A stretch of DNA of 64,000 nt from Podarcis pityusensis (taxonomy: Eukaryota). The notes below the pieces were generated by a model. The model did no database searches. It saw only the letters and a program-made list of their open reading frames with translations, and was not told the origin of the DNA. Where the stretch lies: assembly GCA_964106645.2 (NCBI GenBank), contig OZ067050.1; one strand, given 5' to 3'. Of the stretch, positions 1-60,850 are shown one piece after another. Made by a program: the position numbers and the translations under genes. The stretch's first letter is position 1. Every line of letters starts with the position of its first letter.

Positions 1-196
1 ATTATTATCTTCCATAACTCACTGGGTGGCCTTAGGAAAAGTTTCTTCTTCATGTCCACCGACAGGGGACGATACTGATCCAATTTGCGGGGCTGTAGTA
101 AGGATTATAAGAAGATAGCTCTATGTTGAATAGATGTGTAATATGTATGTGACTAACTGTATGAGCATATAGCTCAGCTATTTGTGTACCCATATA

Positions 197-411
197 CAGT
201 GGTACCTTGCGTTAAAAACTTAATTCGTTCTGGAGGTCCGTTCTTAACCTGAAGCACCACTTTAGCTAATGGGGCCTCCCGCTGCCACCACCACGCCACC
301 ACCGCCGCGCAATTTCTGTTCTCATCCTGAAGCTAAGTTCTTAACCCGAAGTACTATTTCTGGGTTAGCAGAGTCTGTAACCTGAAGCTTCTGTAACCCA
401 AGGTACCACTG
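197..411. mobile_element. Tc1/mariner (Tigger-like) MITE, family A
   Basis: TIR CAGTGGTACCTTG...CAAGGTACCACTG, TA TSD. Confidence 0.9.
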
Positions 412-542
412 TACTACATTTAGGCATCAAGGCTCAGTATGCCCAGAGCAAAAGAGACTGTGGACCTCATCTTTCTTTTTTTACATAGGTAAAAAGTTAC
501 ATTAGCTTTCCACACTACACTTCTCTGTGCCTCAAACTTTCT

Positions 543-921
543 TTCTTTTTCAATATAATTTTTATTAAGCACTTTCTTTGGTTACAAAAGTAGGTGTGCT
601 ATCTCTTTTTTCAGGTCATAGTGTCTTTTTTACAGAGCAGTGACACTGGATGTGAGACATTAAGTATTGAATGCAGTATAAGGTTGTTGGAGGAGAAAGT
701 GGGAGAGGAGGTGAGGTGGTTAAACTTATATTCTTTTCGTTAGTGTATGCGTGGAGCTTTTGTGTCAGCGTCACTTGGGTATGTTCTTTTTCTATTCATT
801 TTTTGTTTTTCTTAGGCAGTGAGAGAGGTTTGGGTGGGGGGTGCAGGGCATGGTTGGTTGTCTTTAGCTGACCGCAGTGAGAATTCTTTGCTTGGATTGT
901 GGGGGGCAGGGATTGGTGACA
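543..921 (-). mobile_element. Retroposed LINE (L1-like) 3' end
   Basis: 13-bp TSD CCTCAAACTTTCT (530-542, 922-934); AATAAA and A-rich tail on the minus strand. Confidence 0.78.
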
Positions 922-1002
922 CCTCAAACTTTCTCTGCCTAAGGATGCTAAATATTCAAACCAGCTGACCTTTAGACAAGGCACTCAGCATTTTACAATT
1001 TA

Positions 1003-1299
1003 CAGTGGTGCCCCGCAAGACGAATGCCTCACAAGATGAAAAACTCGCTAGACGAAAGAGTTTTCCGTTTTTTGAGTCGTTCCGCAAGACGAATTTCCCT
1101 ATGGGCTTGCTTCGCAAGACGAAACGTCTTGCGAGTTCTTGCGAGTTTGTTTCCTTTTTCTTAAAGCCGCTAAGCCGTTAATAGCCGCTAAGCCATTAAT
1201 AGCCGCTAAGCCGCTAATAGCCGTGCTTCGCAAGACGAAAAAACCGCAAGACGAAGAGACTCGCGGAACGGATTAATTTCGTCTTGCGAGGCACCACTG
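1003..1299. mobile_element. Mariner/Tigger-like MITE, family B (CpG-rich, probably young)
   Basis: TIR CAGTGGTGCC(C/T)CGCAAGACGAA, TA TSD, reiterated CGCAAGACGAA, internal AAGCCGCT repeats. Confidence 0.9.
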
Positions 1300-2732
1300 T
1301 ATACTGAGTATACTGAGAAGTAACTCAAAAGTGAAAGAAATGAGTTACTGTTAATCAGTAGTCCCTGATATATCTGGGAACAACCAACCTGACATTTATC
1401 GAGTTAAGCTATTGAAGCTAAATACTTCTTTTAGCTGCTACATGTTTAAAGCAATAAGATGGGTCTGTCAGGTTACTTCATGTACTGACTGCACACACTC
1501 TTATTTAGTGTTTGACTGTGGCGTGTGTGTGTTTTTACTAAATACTGTGCAGGCTAACCCTGAATAAATATAAACAGAAATTGTTATTGGCAACTTCTCA
1601 GGTCACAACCAACAGCACAACAACCAGACCAGACCTTCCTCAGCGTGGATATGGATTGTGAGAAACCATGTAGCATTTTACAGACATGCAAGAGTCTTCT
1701 TAAGGCACTGAGGTCTCTGGTGGATATGATCTAACTTCAATATGAATCACATATGTACTCCACTTCATTTTGCCCTAAACCTTTGCCAGAGAAAAGCCTC
1801 TGGTGCCTTGCTATAATACTAGCACAGGGCCCACCAATATGATGTTCATGGAAGGAGGGCTTGTGAATTAAAAGAATCTCATGGGGATGCATGACCCCAA
1901 TGTTGCATCCGAAATAGGAAACATCTGTGATCCTTGACCATCAACCATGCTAGCTGGGGCTGATGGGAATTGGAGTCCAATGGTTTCCCCATCCCTCCCC
2001 TACAAAATCCCTATCGGTGACGGACTGGCAACCTGCAACAGGGGTGGAGCACAGGTTTTACTTTGAGAAAGCCAAATGTAGCATCTGCTCTGCATTCAGA
2101 AGGCCGCAGATTCAATCCCTGGCATCTCCAGCTAGGGCTGGGAAGGCTTCCCTATTGAAACCCCAGAGACCTACTACCAGTTAGCATAGACAATACTGAC
2201 CAAAGATATAAAGCAGTTTTCTGTGTTTCATCGCTATGTCAGTGTCCCTAAACACAGCACTTTATTTCCATGAAAGTGAATGCCCACCATTCACTTACAC
2301 GAGAGAAGAATTGCACTCACGCTCCAGTATTAAGAATTAAGCATGCTCCCATCTGCATAGTTTGCTTCTTGGCATGCTGGAGTGTAACAGAATGCTGGGA
2401 GCTAGCTACCCCACCCATCTGGCCATGAAGAAGGATAGACCTTTAAAGAGACATATCCATATATTCAGGAAAATGGTCAAAGCAATTACACTATACATCA
2501 CCTTCCTGAACTGTGGCACAACTAAAATTTAACAAGGATTTAGAGCATGGGCGAGAAAGATATTGCTGAACTACACTTCCATCCTCTGGCCATACTTGCT
2601 GGGGTGATGGGAGTTGTAGTTCTGTAACACCTGGAGGGCCAAATGTTCTCAACGCCCAATAAAGAAGGCCAGGCACAGGAAAGAGGAAGGGTGCCTTAAG
2701 TTTGGGGACAGCAAACATAACTTTTACAAGTA

Positions 2733-2974
2733 CAGTGGTACCTCGGGTTACATAGGCTTCAGGTTACATACGCTTCAGGTTACAGACTCCGTTAACCCAG
2801 AAATATTGCTTCAGGTTAAGAACTTTGCTTCAGGATGAGAACAGAAATTGTGCTCCAGCGGCGCGGCAGCAGCAGGAGGCCCCATTAGCTAAAGTGGTGC
2901 TTCAGGTTAAGAACAGTTTCAGGTTAACTACGGACCTCCCGAACGAATTAAGTACTTAACCCGAGGTACCACTG
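2733..2974. mobile_element. Mariner/Tigger-like MITE, family A (opposite orientation to 197-411)
   Basis: TIR CAGTGGTACCTCGGGTTA, TA TSD, same internal sequence. Confidence 0.92.
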
Positions 2975-3989
2975 TAAGTCTTTTTACATTCAAGCAATGC
3001 AGAATGTACAGGCAACATTGTTCCTGCATACAGGCTTAAGAAAATCTGCAAAAGAGAGGCAAGGGGTGGGGGTGGGGCAGGGTTGCAGTGATGACCAGGG
3101 ATTGAGATAAAATGGTGGGAGTGGGGAGAAGCCAAATGGTAAAAGGTGGCGCAAAAAGATAATAGGGAAATTGTTACACAAAGGAGGGGCCTGTCCCCTT
3201 TAATAACAATAATACGAACTTTCATTCACATATAATGCTCCAGCATTTTTACAGGCTTCAAGAGGCAGACCAGTGTTATGATCCTTATATGTATTGCCAA
3301 ACACCAAAGGGACTCATCTAAGAGTCAAAATTTGAGTCACAGTCCACTTTCTTAATCACTACACAAACTTTGGAGAAGTCTTTCAAAGAATGTCAATCCA
3401 TGCAATATAAAGGTAGTAAGAAAAGGGATTTGCTGTAATAAAACTGTTGGCTATTATCATGTTGGTTTTGTCTGATGAGCAAAGTATTGTATCCGTTAAG
3501 TTCATAGGACATACAAAGTTCACAAATTATTGACTCCCAAGATGGCTCCCTGAAAAAAGGCCCATAACCAATTCATTTTTATTACAATCCTTCAGGCTGA
3601 TTGTTTTAAATGCAGCAACTATGATCACAGATAGAATATGTAAACTCATAGTCCAAAGCATATCCGGATACAGTAGAACAGAAAGGGTCTGAGAACCCCC
3701 TCTGCTAGAATCCACACCCTAGGTTAGAATATCATAGCCTTAGGGATAGGATATCTTATACAGGAAATGTCACACCTGTTGAACTTCTGCCCGACAAAGC
3801 TGATAAACGTGCACTCATCCCCTTAAGAGGAAATTAACTGGCATCTCCAGTTAGCAGCGCACCAGTAAAGAGCTCTTCTGTCCAAACGCACAAATTCAGT
3901 GTTTTTCGTGAACACCCAATCCTCTGGGAGCCTTGCATACGAATTGTGACTACTCCCGCTCTTAGACTGCAAGCCTCACAGGCTCACAA

Positions 3990-4830
3990 GGAGAACTGTT
4001 TCTGCTTATGGCGTTTCTACAAAGCGCCGTGCAGGGCGGAGCGAACAACAACCCTGCTGGGTCGGCCAGAGCGGTCCTCCTAGTCCAGCATCCTGTTTCC
4101 AAGAGCGGCGCACGGCATGCCTCCAGGAAGCCCGCAGGCGGGGCTCGAAGACAACAGGTGCTCGAGAGAGGTGCACTGCCCCTGGCCATGGAGGCTCCAT
4201 CCTTGCTCGCCACGGCCGAGGCAGCCCCGCTATGGCCAGCAACGCCCATCTGCGAGGGAGGCGAAGCCGCGGGGCTCCTTCTCCGCAGGCAGGACAGCTT
4301 GCGCTCCCCCAAGCCCAGCCCAGGCCGGCCTCCTCCGGACCCGACCCCCATCACTCACCCGCTCCCGCCTGCGGGACCGCCGCCGCCGCCACCAGTCCTC
4401 CCGCTGCTCGGTATCCCCCTTTACCCACCACTCCAAAAATCTCAAACGGCGCCACTTCCGCCCTCGGCTCCTTTCCAGCTTCTTCCGCTTCCGCTAAAGG
4501 CTCCTCCTGACAGCGGGGGTGGTTTTTTTTTTCTTTCTACTTCCGCTCTCCTTGTGACAGGCTGCTCCTTCCACCAATCGAGAGGGAAAAGAACCAAAAA
4601 AACAGTAGCGGCAGCAGCAGCCCCGCCTTCTATCCCGCCGTAACTGCGTTTCAGGGCACAGGGAGGGAGGATAAACGGGTGGGGTGATATCTTCCAAAGG
4701 GGCTTTTCTCTTTCCGTGTTTCTCTCCGTTAGTTACCTCGGGGTTTATTTGTTGCTTTATATATGTATTTTATAACATTTATACGCCGCTCGATAAAGAA
4801 CAAGAAAAAAAGCTACGTCAAAGCGGTTTG
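3990..4830 (-). promoter_or_regulatory. Housekeeping-type CpG island promoter (probably RAB5C)
   Basis: CpG-dense; four ETS/GABP CGGAAG sites (4454-4460, 4482-4493 tandem, 4539-4545); CCAAT at 4574. Confidence 0.8.
4359..4500 (-). other. RAB5C: Probable non-coding first exon of RAB5C; 5' end approximate, intron 1 runs off the left edge
   Basis: Donor GGG|GTGAGT at 4353-4358 inside the CpG island. Identity rests only on the conserved HCRT-KCNH4-RAB5C co-oriented gene order; no RAB5C coding sequence is in the window. Confidence 0.55.
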
Positions 4831-5221
4831 CGAAAGATGAAAACAGTAAAGTCCATTTAAAAACACAAGCCTATTTTTAAACATACAAAAGTTAACAGGC
4901 TGAAACGAATTTTTAAAAATCACCTCGACTTCCCAAGGGGTTAGTGATAGAGCCAGAAATTCAGCAGTAGTAACAATAGCTAAAGTCTCTGAGGGTCATG
5001 CATTGAAGGAGTAAACTTGCACAGGAGCGGGCTGCAAACGCCATTCTTAAGACATTCTCACACGTTTTCAGATTCTTTGAAGACGTCACTTTTAATTTCA
5101 CGCAAACATACCCTGGTGTTGGTTTTTGTTATTTTACTTGGGTAAATTGTTTCTATCATTAATCAAAATGTTATTTTCTTTAAAAATTCCGTCTCCCTTA
5201 GTGCAAACTTGCTCCCCTAGG

Positions 5222-5510
5222 AGGCAGTGATGGATGCCTATTCGGGTGGCTTTTAAAAAAGGATTGGACAAATTCGTGGAGGAGAGGGCTATTGGTGGCT
5301 TTCTAGCCATGATGGCTATGCTTCTGCCCTCCGCAGCGGAAGACAGGGATGCTTCTGAATACCAGTTGCTGGAAACAATGGGAGAGGAGAGGGCTCTTGA
5401 GAAGTTCTGTTTCCTGGTTTCCCACAGGCATCTGGTTGACCACTGTGAGAACAGGATGCTGGACTAGATGGGCCATGGGCCTCATCCAGCTGGGATACTC
5501 TTTTGTTCTT
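5222..5510 (+). mobile_element. CR1 LINE 3' fragment
   Basis: FKKGLDKFVEER-type RT C-terminus followed by GGACTAGATGGGCC...ATCCAGC; related copies at ~19630-19830, ~45205-45315 (-), ~47525-47770 (-). Confidence 0.72.
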
Positions 5511-6629
5511 ATCTGTGTGCTGAGTTCCCACAGCACAGGGCACAACTAATCTTTTCCCCTTCCGTTTGTATGTTGCAAGTGCCTGGAAAGCCTATCGTGG
5601 GTTCTTTCCTATTCAAATGGAAGCAGAAAGTGACAGTGCTATGCATGTCTCCCTTTCTTCCCAGGCTGGTGAGTACTTTCAGTGCATTCCTTTCTTACAT
5701 ACACAAATGAACCATCATTTTCAGGACAACCCTCGCCCTTTAAACTAGACTGCTGTTCTCAGGTGTGGAGGGTGCTGTCTGCTGGCCATACCCACACCAT
5801 ACATAGAAAGCACATGGCTTCCCTCAAAGAATCCTGGGAACTCCAGTTTGTTCAGGGATCTGGGAATTGTAGCTTTGTGAGAGGTAACCTACAGTTTCCA
5901 GGGTTCTGCGGTGGGGAACGCATGTGCTTTTAAATATATGGTGTGGAAGTGACCGAGTTAAGCGTCAGCTATCACACTGCTCAACTTCTGTACAACTCAA
6001 CAGAGCGTCATCTAGTCCTTTTGCCTCAGCAGTGAAATGACTTGTGCTTGCCCTGTTCCTAATATACTGCCAATGAAGCAGGTTATCAAAAAATAGATTA
6101 ATGGGGGAGGGCAGTGCTCACTTGGGTTTACATCACCCATGAAAAAGGATTATTAGTAAGCGTTTACAGAGCCCTCATGGGTGCTAGGTTGTAACCACCC
6201 AGTAGAGGACGCCTCAGGCCAAGGAAAAGCAGACAGGCAAACACATTTCCCTCTCTATTATATCCCAACTAGGAGGTGCTGAGGCTTTAGCCAGCTTGCC
6301 CTACCTTCTAATCTAGAAGCTCTCTCTCTCTCCCCCCTCCCGCCCCGCCCCTTTCCAAGGATATAGTGACTACCTGCTGGGAGGTGAAAGGTCCATTGCA
6401 CATAATCAGAGGCATGATTTCCTCTTGATTTAAAAAAACAAACAAAAGCATACAGACACACAAGGAGAGTAAATATTATAAATTAATGCAAGAAAATTAA
6501 CTTATGTGTATGGTACAACCTATTTCATATAGTTTTTGTTCTTTTCCAGTTGTTGTTGTTTTTAAAAAAGATGTAAATATAACTTTGGACCTTTCTCTCT
6601 TTTCTAAGGAAAGAAGGAGCTGGTTTTTG

Positions 6630-6663
6630 CAAACAAACAAACAAACAAACAAACAAACAAACG
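6630..6663. repeat. (CAAA)n microsatellite
   Basis: Seen directly. Confidence 0.95.
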
Positions 6664-8042
6664 TGTGTTTACATCCAGCTTATCATCCCTTTGGAAAACT
6701 GCTGGTGGGTTGGGTCATAGCAAGCTGTTGTCGTCACCTAACTGCGCAGAGTCCATTCTCCGGGGTAGGTGATGAAATGCCCCTTCAGGTCTTATTAGGA
6801 AATAAAGCAGGGCAGCGTTGTCAAGGTGGAGGCAGCTGTGCTGCTGGTTGCTAGGAGACATGGGCCCTATCATGACAACAGGACCGAATCCCAGGGAAGA
6901 GGTAATCAAGGGGCCTGGCATGAGGGACATGGGGAAGGAAGGCTGCAGTGGGACATTTGCCCTGCCACCCCACCCTCACTTCCGACCCAGTCTCTATGCA
7001 ACGCAGTAGTGACCACCAAAGCAGTGGCAACAGTTGCCGTAGCAACAAACCTGCAATCCAAGATGCTCAGCTAGGCAGGGTTACAATGGTACCTACTCAA
7101 ACAAGGAAGAAAGAGGGATGATTGCAGAGATGTTGGGAATTTCTGTTTAGCAGATGCTGCTAGTTCCTCCTTCAAAATAGTTGAAGCCAGGATTTATATC
7201 TTGTGATATCCCTGTGTGATGTCATATATAAACCCTCAGAACTGAGACAAAACCAGCTAAGAGTCTGCCATGCCCAAGAGTCTGCAAAAGAACAGCCTGC
7301 CACCCTTCAGATCATCAGTCTGCAGGTCAGAGAGGTGGAATCTCTTTTCAGTGTCCTGGAAAAGAAGTGACTCTGTGCATATGCAGAATACACCATCTTC
7401 AGTGAGAGCACACACACTTACTGAAAAGCGGACAGAGGGTTATTTCCTTTGCTAGGAAATGATCACAGAAAACTTACTCCCTGACATCTAGGATTTAGCA
7501 GGCAGGACATCACATGCGTACCGTCACCGTCATCTCCCATGTTAGAACATTTGCAATGACCAGTTATGTATTCCAAAGCACATTTCAGTTCCTCTTTCTG
7601 AAAATCAGCACCCAGTTTCATACTGCCAGCTAGCTGGAGGTCTTAGCACAGCACATAAGGCTTCATGTGAAGGCATTTTGGATTGGTTCACAGAAATGGA
7701 GGCCAGACTAATTTATTGGTCCAGAGCAGGCCAGGCCTTACATTCTATGTAACATAGCAGTTGACATTTGCTCCATAGAACAACAGTGATGTGAAGACTT
7801 TTCTCAGGATGGCAATTGGTTTAAACATGCTGAACTCAAAGGGTACATTACGCCGTTAAGCAAACCCACTTGGAAATGAGTCCCATTGGAATCCAGGGGC
7901 TTATCTTCCAGATAAATGCAAGTTTAACTGAGATACTGCAGCGGAACAGATTGTTTTGAGGAACTGAGAAGAGATTGGGTGGAACAATGTGGAGGTTTTG
8001 TGTAGCTATGTCCTTGAAGTTTTGTTCTGAAGAATACCACAT

Positions 8043-8403
8043 CAGACCCTCCAAGTGTCCTTATTTTCCAGGGATAGTCCCAAATTTACAGAAGCTGCCC
8101 TGATTTGATCCCAGAATGTCCTGCTTTTCCTTAGGATGTCCCTATTTTCATTGGAGAAATGTTGGAGGGTATGGAGTTATGCAACCCCCAAGCCAAAGAG
8201 GTAAGTAACTACACAACCTTTAGAAGACCTCTGAAGGCAGCCTTGTATAGGGAAGTTTTTAAATGTTTAATGTTTTTATATATATTGGAAGCTGCCCAGA
8301 GTGGCTGGGGCAACCCAGTCAGATGGGTGGGGTATAAATAATAAAATTTATTATTATTGAATAGGATGCCCCTATTTTCATCAGAGAAATGTTGGAGGGT
8401 GTG
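8043..8403. mobile_element. Composite non-autonomous DNA element with duplicated right end and captured L2-like tail
   Basis: CAGACCCTCCAA left end; right ends TTGGAGGGTATG (8162-8173) and TTGGAGGGTGTG (8392-8403). Confidence 0.6.
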
Positions 8404-11400
8404 CCACGTGCACTTACCTGGGAGTAAGTCCCACTGGGCCTAATGGGGCTTACTTCCGAGAAGACTCTCCAAGAGTGGGATTCAGCAAGAGGAGGGAGAA
8501 GATGGCACCGTTATCTTTTATTGTTTGTAAGCCACTTTGAGACCTACAGTGTGAAAAGCGGTTATGATTTTTAAATAAATACATCCAGACTTTCAGCTTT
8601 GTGATGCTAGAGAGAGTGGGACTTTCAGTTTGTTGACACCACTCTGTTGGGCTTCTATTGATTTGTGTGCCAAAGGTGTTTTTTAAAATTGATTCCCTGT
8701 TTTGCTAATGTAGAGAAAGACTTCCTCAGCTTCCACCCGCTGCTTCCCTGTGTCACAATCCCAAGCAGTTAAAGAGTGTGTATTTGTGTGAGTGAATGAA
8801 GAATCCAGTTGGCCAGTGCCAGTTGTGGGTGGGGAGCTTTTTCATGCCAAACCTTGGCTCATACATCAATGTACATCACTTCTTCTCTATATCAGACTGG
8901 CAGCTGACTGGGTGAGCCAATACTGCTGCAAAGCATTATGGGGTGAGGCTGAAGCACTATTCACTTCTCCACCCCCTACACAAAATTATCATTTACAAGA
9001 GAATGAATTTTGCAGCAGGAGCCTGTCCTACTCAAGCAAGCTCTGTGCGCAGTTAAGAATCCTGGAGGATCAGGGTTTTTACCTTGTACTGAAGGCCTTC
9101 AAGGCATAAAAAATAGCCTGTCACATTGTTAAGCTTTTGCTATTTGGCTGTACCTTGAAGCACTTAGTAGTAATACTTAACATATACGGTATTTCCTGAG
9201 TGTTCAGAACATGCATTCTATTGTTGCAATCCTCGCAATAGCCTTAAGAGGTCACCAACATGCTGCCCATGGACACCCACAGAGGCTTTCCCAAATGCCA
9301 TAGGCCTCCATTCTTCCAACCGTCCACAAGCTGAAATAAGGTTTGAAAGAAGTATTCTTGTGGCTGATAGAATAGGCTGTGCTTGATCGTGGTGTATATG
9401 TGGTGTCCACCAGTTTCTCCAGTTTGCAAATGTGCCCAAGGGCCCCCAAATATTGGGGACTTATGCTTAAGGAAGATCAGTTTTATCAATCCCATGTTGC
9501 AGATTAGGGAGAGGGTGCTAAGCATGAGCTGGAGCATGGCAGTCTTCACCCAGGGGTGTGGGGCATCTGGGTGCAGAATTATGGGGGGTGCCAGGCGTCC
9601 GTTGCTGAAGCCGCCTAACCTCTTAACTATCTACCTTAGGGATGTCCAACCAGTTCACCAGGATGCATCTCCCCCCCCCCCCGTGGTGTCTCTCATTTTC
9701 ACATGATCACAAAAAAGGAAGACATAGGTTATTGCTACTCCCTCCTTAAAAGCTTAACAACTTGCCCCCTAAAAAAAGCTCAACAATTTCGACCTGCCCC
9801 CCAGCAGCACATATCCTAAAGACGGCCCTGCTGAAGACCATCTAGAGAGTTCAGAGTAGGCAGAAGGTAAGGATTAAACCACAACCTTCCTGACTCATAG
9901 CTCTCTTGGAGACTAGATTGCATCACTTCTGATAGTTTAAGTCAGCCTATCAATTTTTTAAAAAGGTGGTTTTAAAATTTTATTGTGTTTTTATTGTTTT
10001 TTTAAAAATGATTGGTTGCATTGAGTTAATTCATGGTAATTTGCGTCAAGCGCTTCTGAAAAGTAAGCAGTGATGAATTATAATCAACCATTGGGACACA
10101 ATTGAACAAAAATTAGTCTCAACAGAGCCCTGTTGCAAGCAGTTGAATGGAATGGGATATCAGTCTGATCCAATGTGTGTGCTGTCATAGCACATGCATG
10201 CAGACTGAGGCTATAGGTCATCTCTCACCCAGGTTGCGTTTCATGTTGCATTTGCATGCTGTGCTACACATCAGAGGGTGTCTTCACCCGATGCACATTA
10301 CCTGTTTGGTTTCCCACCCCCACCAAACCCCTCTTCTAACTCCTGTTCATGCGCTGTCATCCGCACAAGTGCAATGGCTGTTTCAAGTGTACACACCTCA
10401 GCTTAACAGTCAGATGAATCTGGCTTAAGTTGCCCTTTTGGATCAAAGGCCGTCTGTGGAAAAGCACAGCAGGACTGATCCACGCTTATAACTCTTCCCA
10501 GCCACAGTCCCTGCATGCTTTAAAGTTCTGTATTGGAGTATCCTTTTTTGTAGGCACTGATTGAGCTTTGACACCTTTGGGCTTAGAAATAAAGAACCAG
10601 GTTTTGCAGCCGGAAATGGTTCAAGCTGTCAGGATATATTAGCCTCCAGGGAGGACAAGAAAGAGATTGGTTAATTAGAGAAAGTCAGTCAATCTACGTT
10701 CTTTAGATTGGAAAAAAGAGGACAAATGCTGCAGCTTTTACCCAGAGGTCTCTCTCCTCTTTTTTTTTTTTTTAGATTACCCCCACCCCCAGCCATCAGG
10801 AACTGCTAGAACAGAGTAGAAAAACAAATTATTTAATTTGTCAGACATTTCACGGAAGGATAACATATCCCCCTCCTGCACCCCTTTTCACCATAAATAG
10901 TAAAATAAATAAAACAATAATTTAGTAGAGGGGGGTTGGCCCTGCGGCAGGATTGAAAAGCAATCAGTGATCAGAGAAAAGGCTGTGTACACACTGTAGT
11001 TTGTTAAGGATTGCTAGGAATTGTAACTCTGAGAGGGATAGGTTTGGCGGGGGGAATTCTCAGAGGGGGGAAATGTGCTTCCAGTGTGCATTAAAAGTAC
11101 AGTGTGTACACTGATTCTGAAGGTTTTAGGGGGAGGAAAGAAAAAAGTAAAGATGAAATAAATTTGAAGAAAAATTCCCTAGTCATTTGCTCCTAACATG
11201 CTCCAGCTTGAAGAAATATGCACATATATTCTCCTCCAGAAAGAACTCTGTCATGGGGTGTCTGCTACAAATAATGGAATCTGAGCCTCATTAAATGTGG
11301 CAGAATGGGAGATGGGCAGAGCCAACCTGTAGGATAACTACTAATGGAAATTCTCCTGTGCAAGCTTAACTGAAACAGGATTATAGGAAGCTGCCTTATC

Positions 11401-12754
11401 CCAAATCAGACCATTAGTCCAGTATTGTCTACACTGGCCGGCAGCAGGTCTCCAGGAGCCTTTCCTGGACCTACCTGGAGATGCCAGAAATTGAAGCGGG
11501 GACCTTTTGCATTCAAGCAAGTGCTCTGCCACCAAGCTAGGATGTTATTCAGAACTATTGCTCTTGCACAGCTCCCATTCATTTCAATGAGGCTTGCACA
11601 TATGAACTTCCTGATAGATTGTGCTCATATTAACTCACAGGAGGAAAGGTACCCGCCTACTTTCCCTCTGTAGCACCAAAATTTGAATCAGCCTTGTGCA
11701 TCTGCATATTTAATGTTATGAGTTTGCAGGTGCCAGACTCCTCTGCGTTCCTAGATCCAGTAAGTGTTAGAATTTAATCAAAGCTTGGAAAGCTAAACTG
11801 GGTGCCAGAGCCATTCTAACCCTTGGACCAGCAAGTGTTAAAATATAAGCCAGGCTAGTTTCCTGTGATCAGGTAATCATTGCCTGGGTGATGGGTCATT
11901 AAGAGTTATGACACCACAGTCTCTGCTGTGCCTCATTCCCAAAAGGAAACACGAACTCTGGGTGAGCACCTAGAATCACTGGAATCTCGCACTGCTTGGA
12001 GATTAAGGTGGTGTGCAACAATATATTGCAACATGCCATTTGATGCTGTTAGATTTAGACAGACTTCCCCAGCCTGCTGCCTTCCAGATGTTTTGGACTA
12101 CAATTCCCATCATCCCATGCTGACAGGGGCCAAACCTGCGACCGTGTTGGAGTCCAACAACACTAACTCCCATCAGCCCCAGATAACACAGCCAGTGCTT
12201 GTGGATGATGGGAGTTATAGTCCAGCCACATCTTCCCCATCCCTGGTTCATAGCTTCAAAGCAAGCTGGACTTGAAGCCACAATTTGAAGCTGGTTTGAT
12301 ATACTGGCTTGCTTCAAAGCCATTGGCCAGAATTTCCAAGTTTGCACGTAGCTGGAAGCTATGAATTAAGTGCTGAATCATAATGTGTTCAGCTTCTTGG
12401 GACAATCCAAAGCACGGTATGCAAACACAGTCGCTGCCTTCAAAATGCACCAGCAAGATTCACGATTCAACTGCCTGTGTTTTTTTCTTTTAAAAATGCC
12501 TTTTAAAAACAACGTCGAAAACCCAAATGTTCGCTTAAATCTGGAATCCAAAATTTCGCTTCATTTCGGCTCTCATGGGAACAGTTGCCTCCCGCATGGA
12601 AAAAATTTAAAAAATATATCTACTGGTTACAAAAGAAAAAAATAAACAACCAACAAGCCAAATCTTGGGGCCCAGCTTGCTCGGCTTCTCTGCAGAGTCC
12701 TGAGCCCTCAGCAACCATCAGGAAGAAGGTTAGGTGACAGGAGGCTACTTGGCA

Positions 12755-60850
<48,096 letters not shown>

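Noticed and set aside
1003-1299. Regularly spaced CGCAAGACGAA repeats resembling a CRISPR array
   Set aside because: Eukaryotic DNA; these are subterminal repeats of a TIR/TA-flanked MITE.
4008-4643. 211-aa Pro-rich plus-strand ORF and overlapping ORFs
   Set aside because: Low-complexity by-product of a CpG island; several frames are open and no domain is recognisable.
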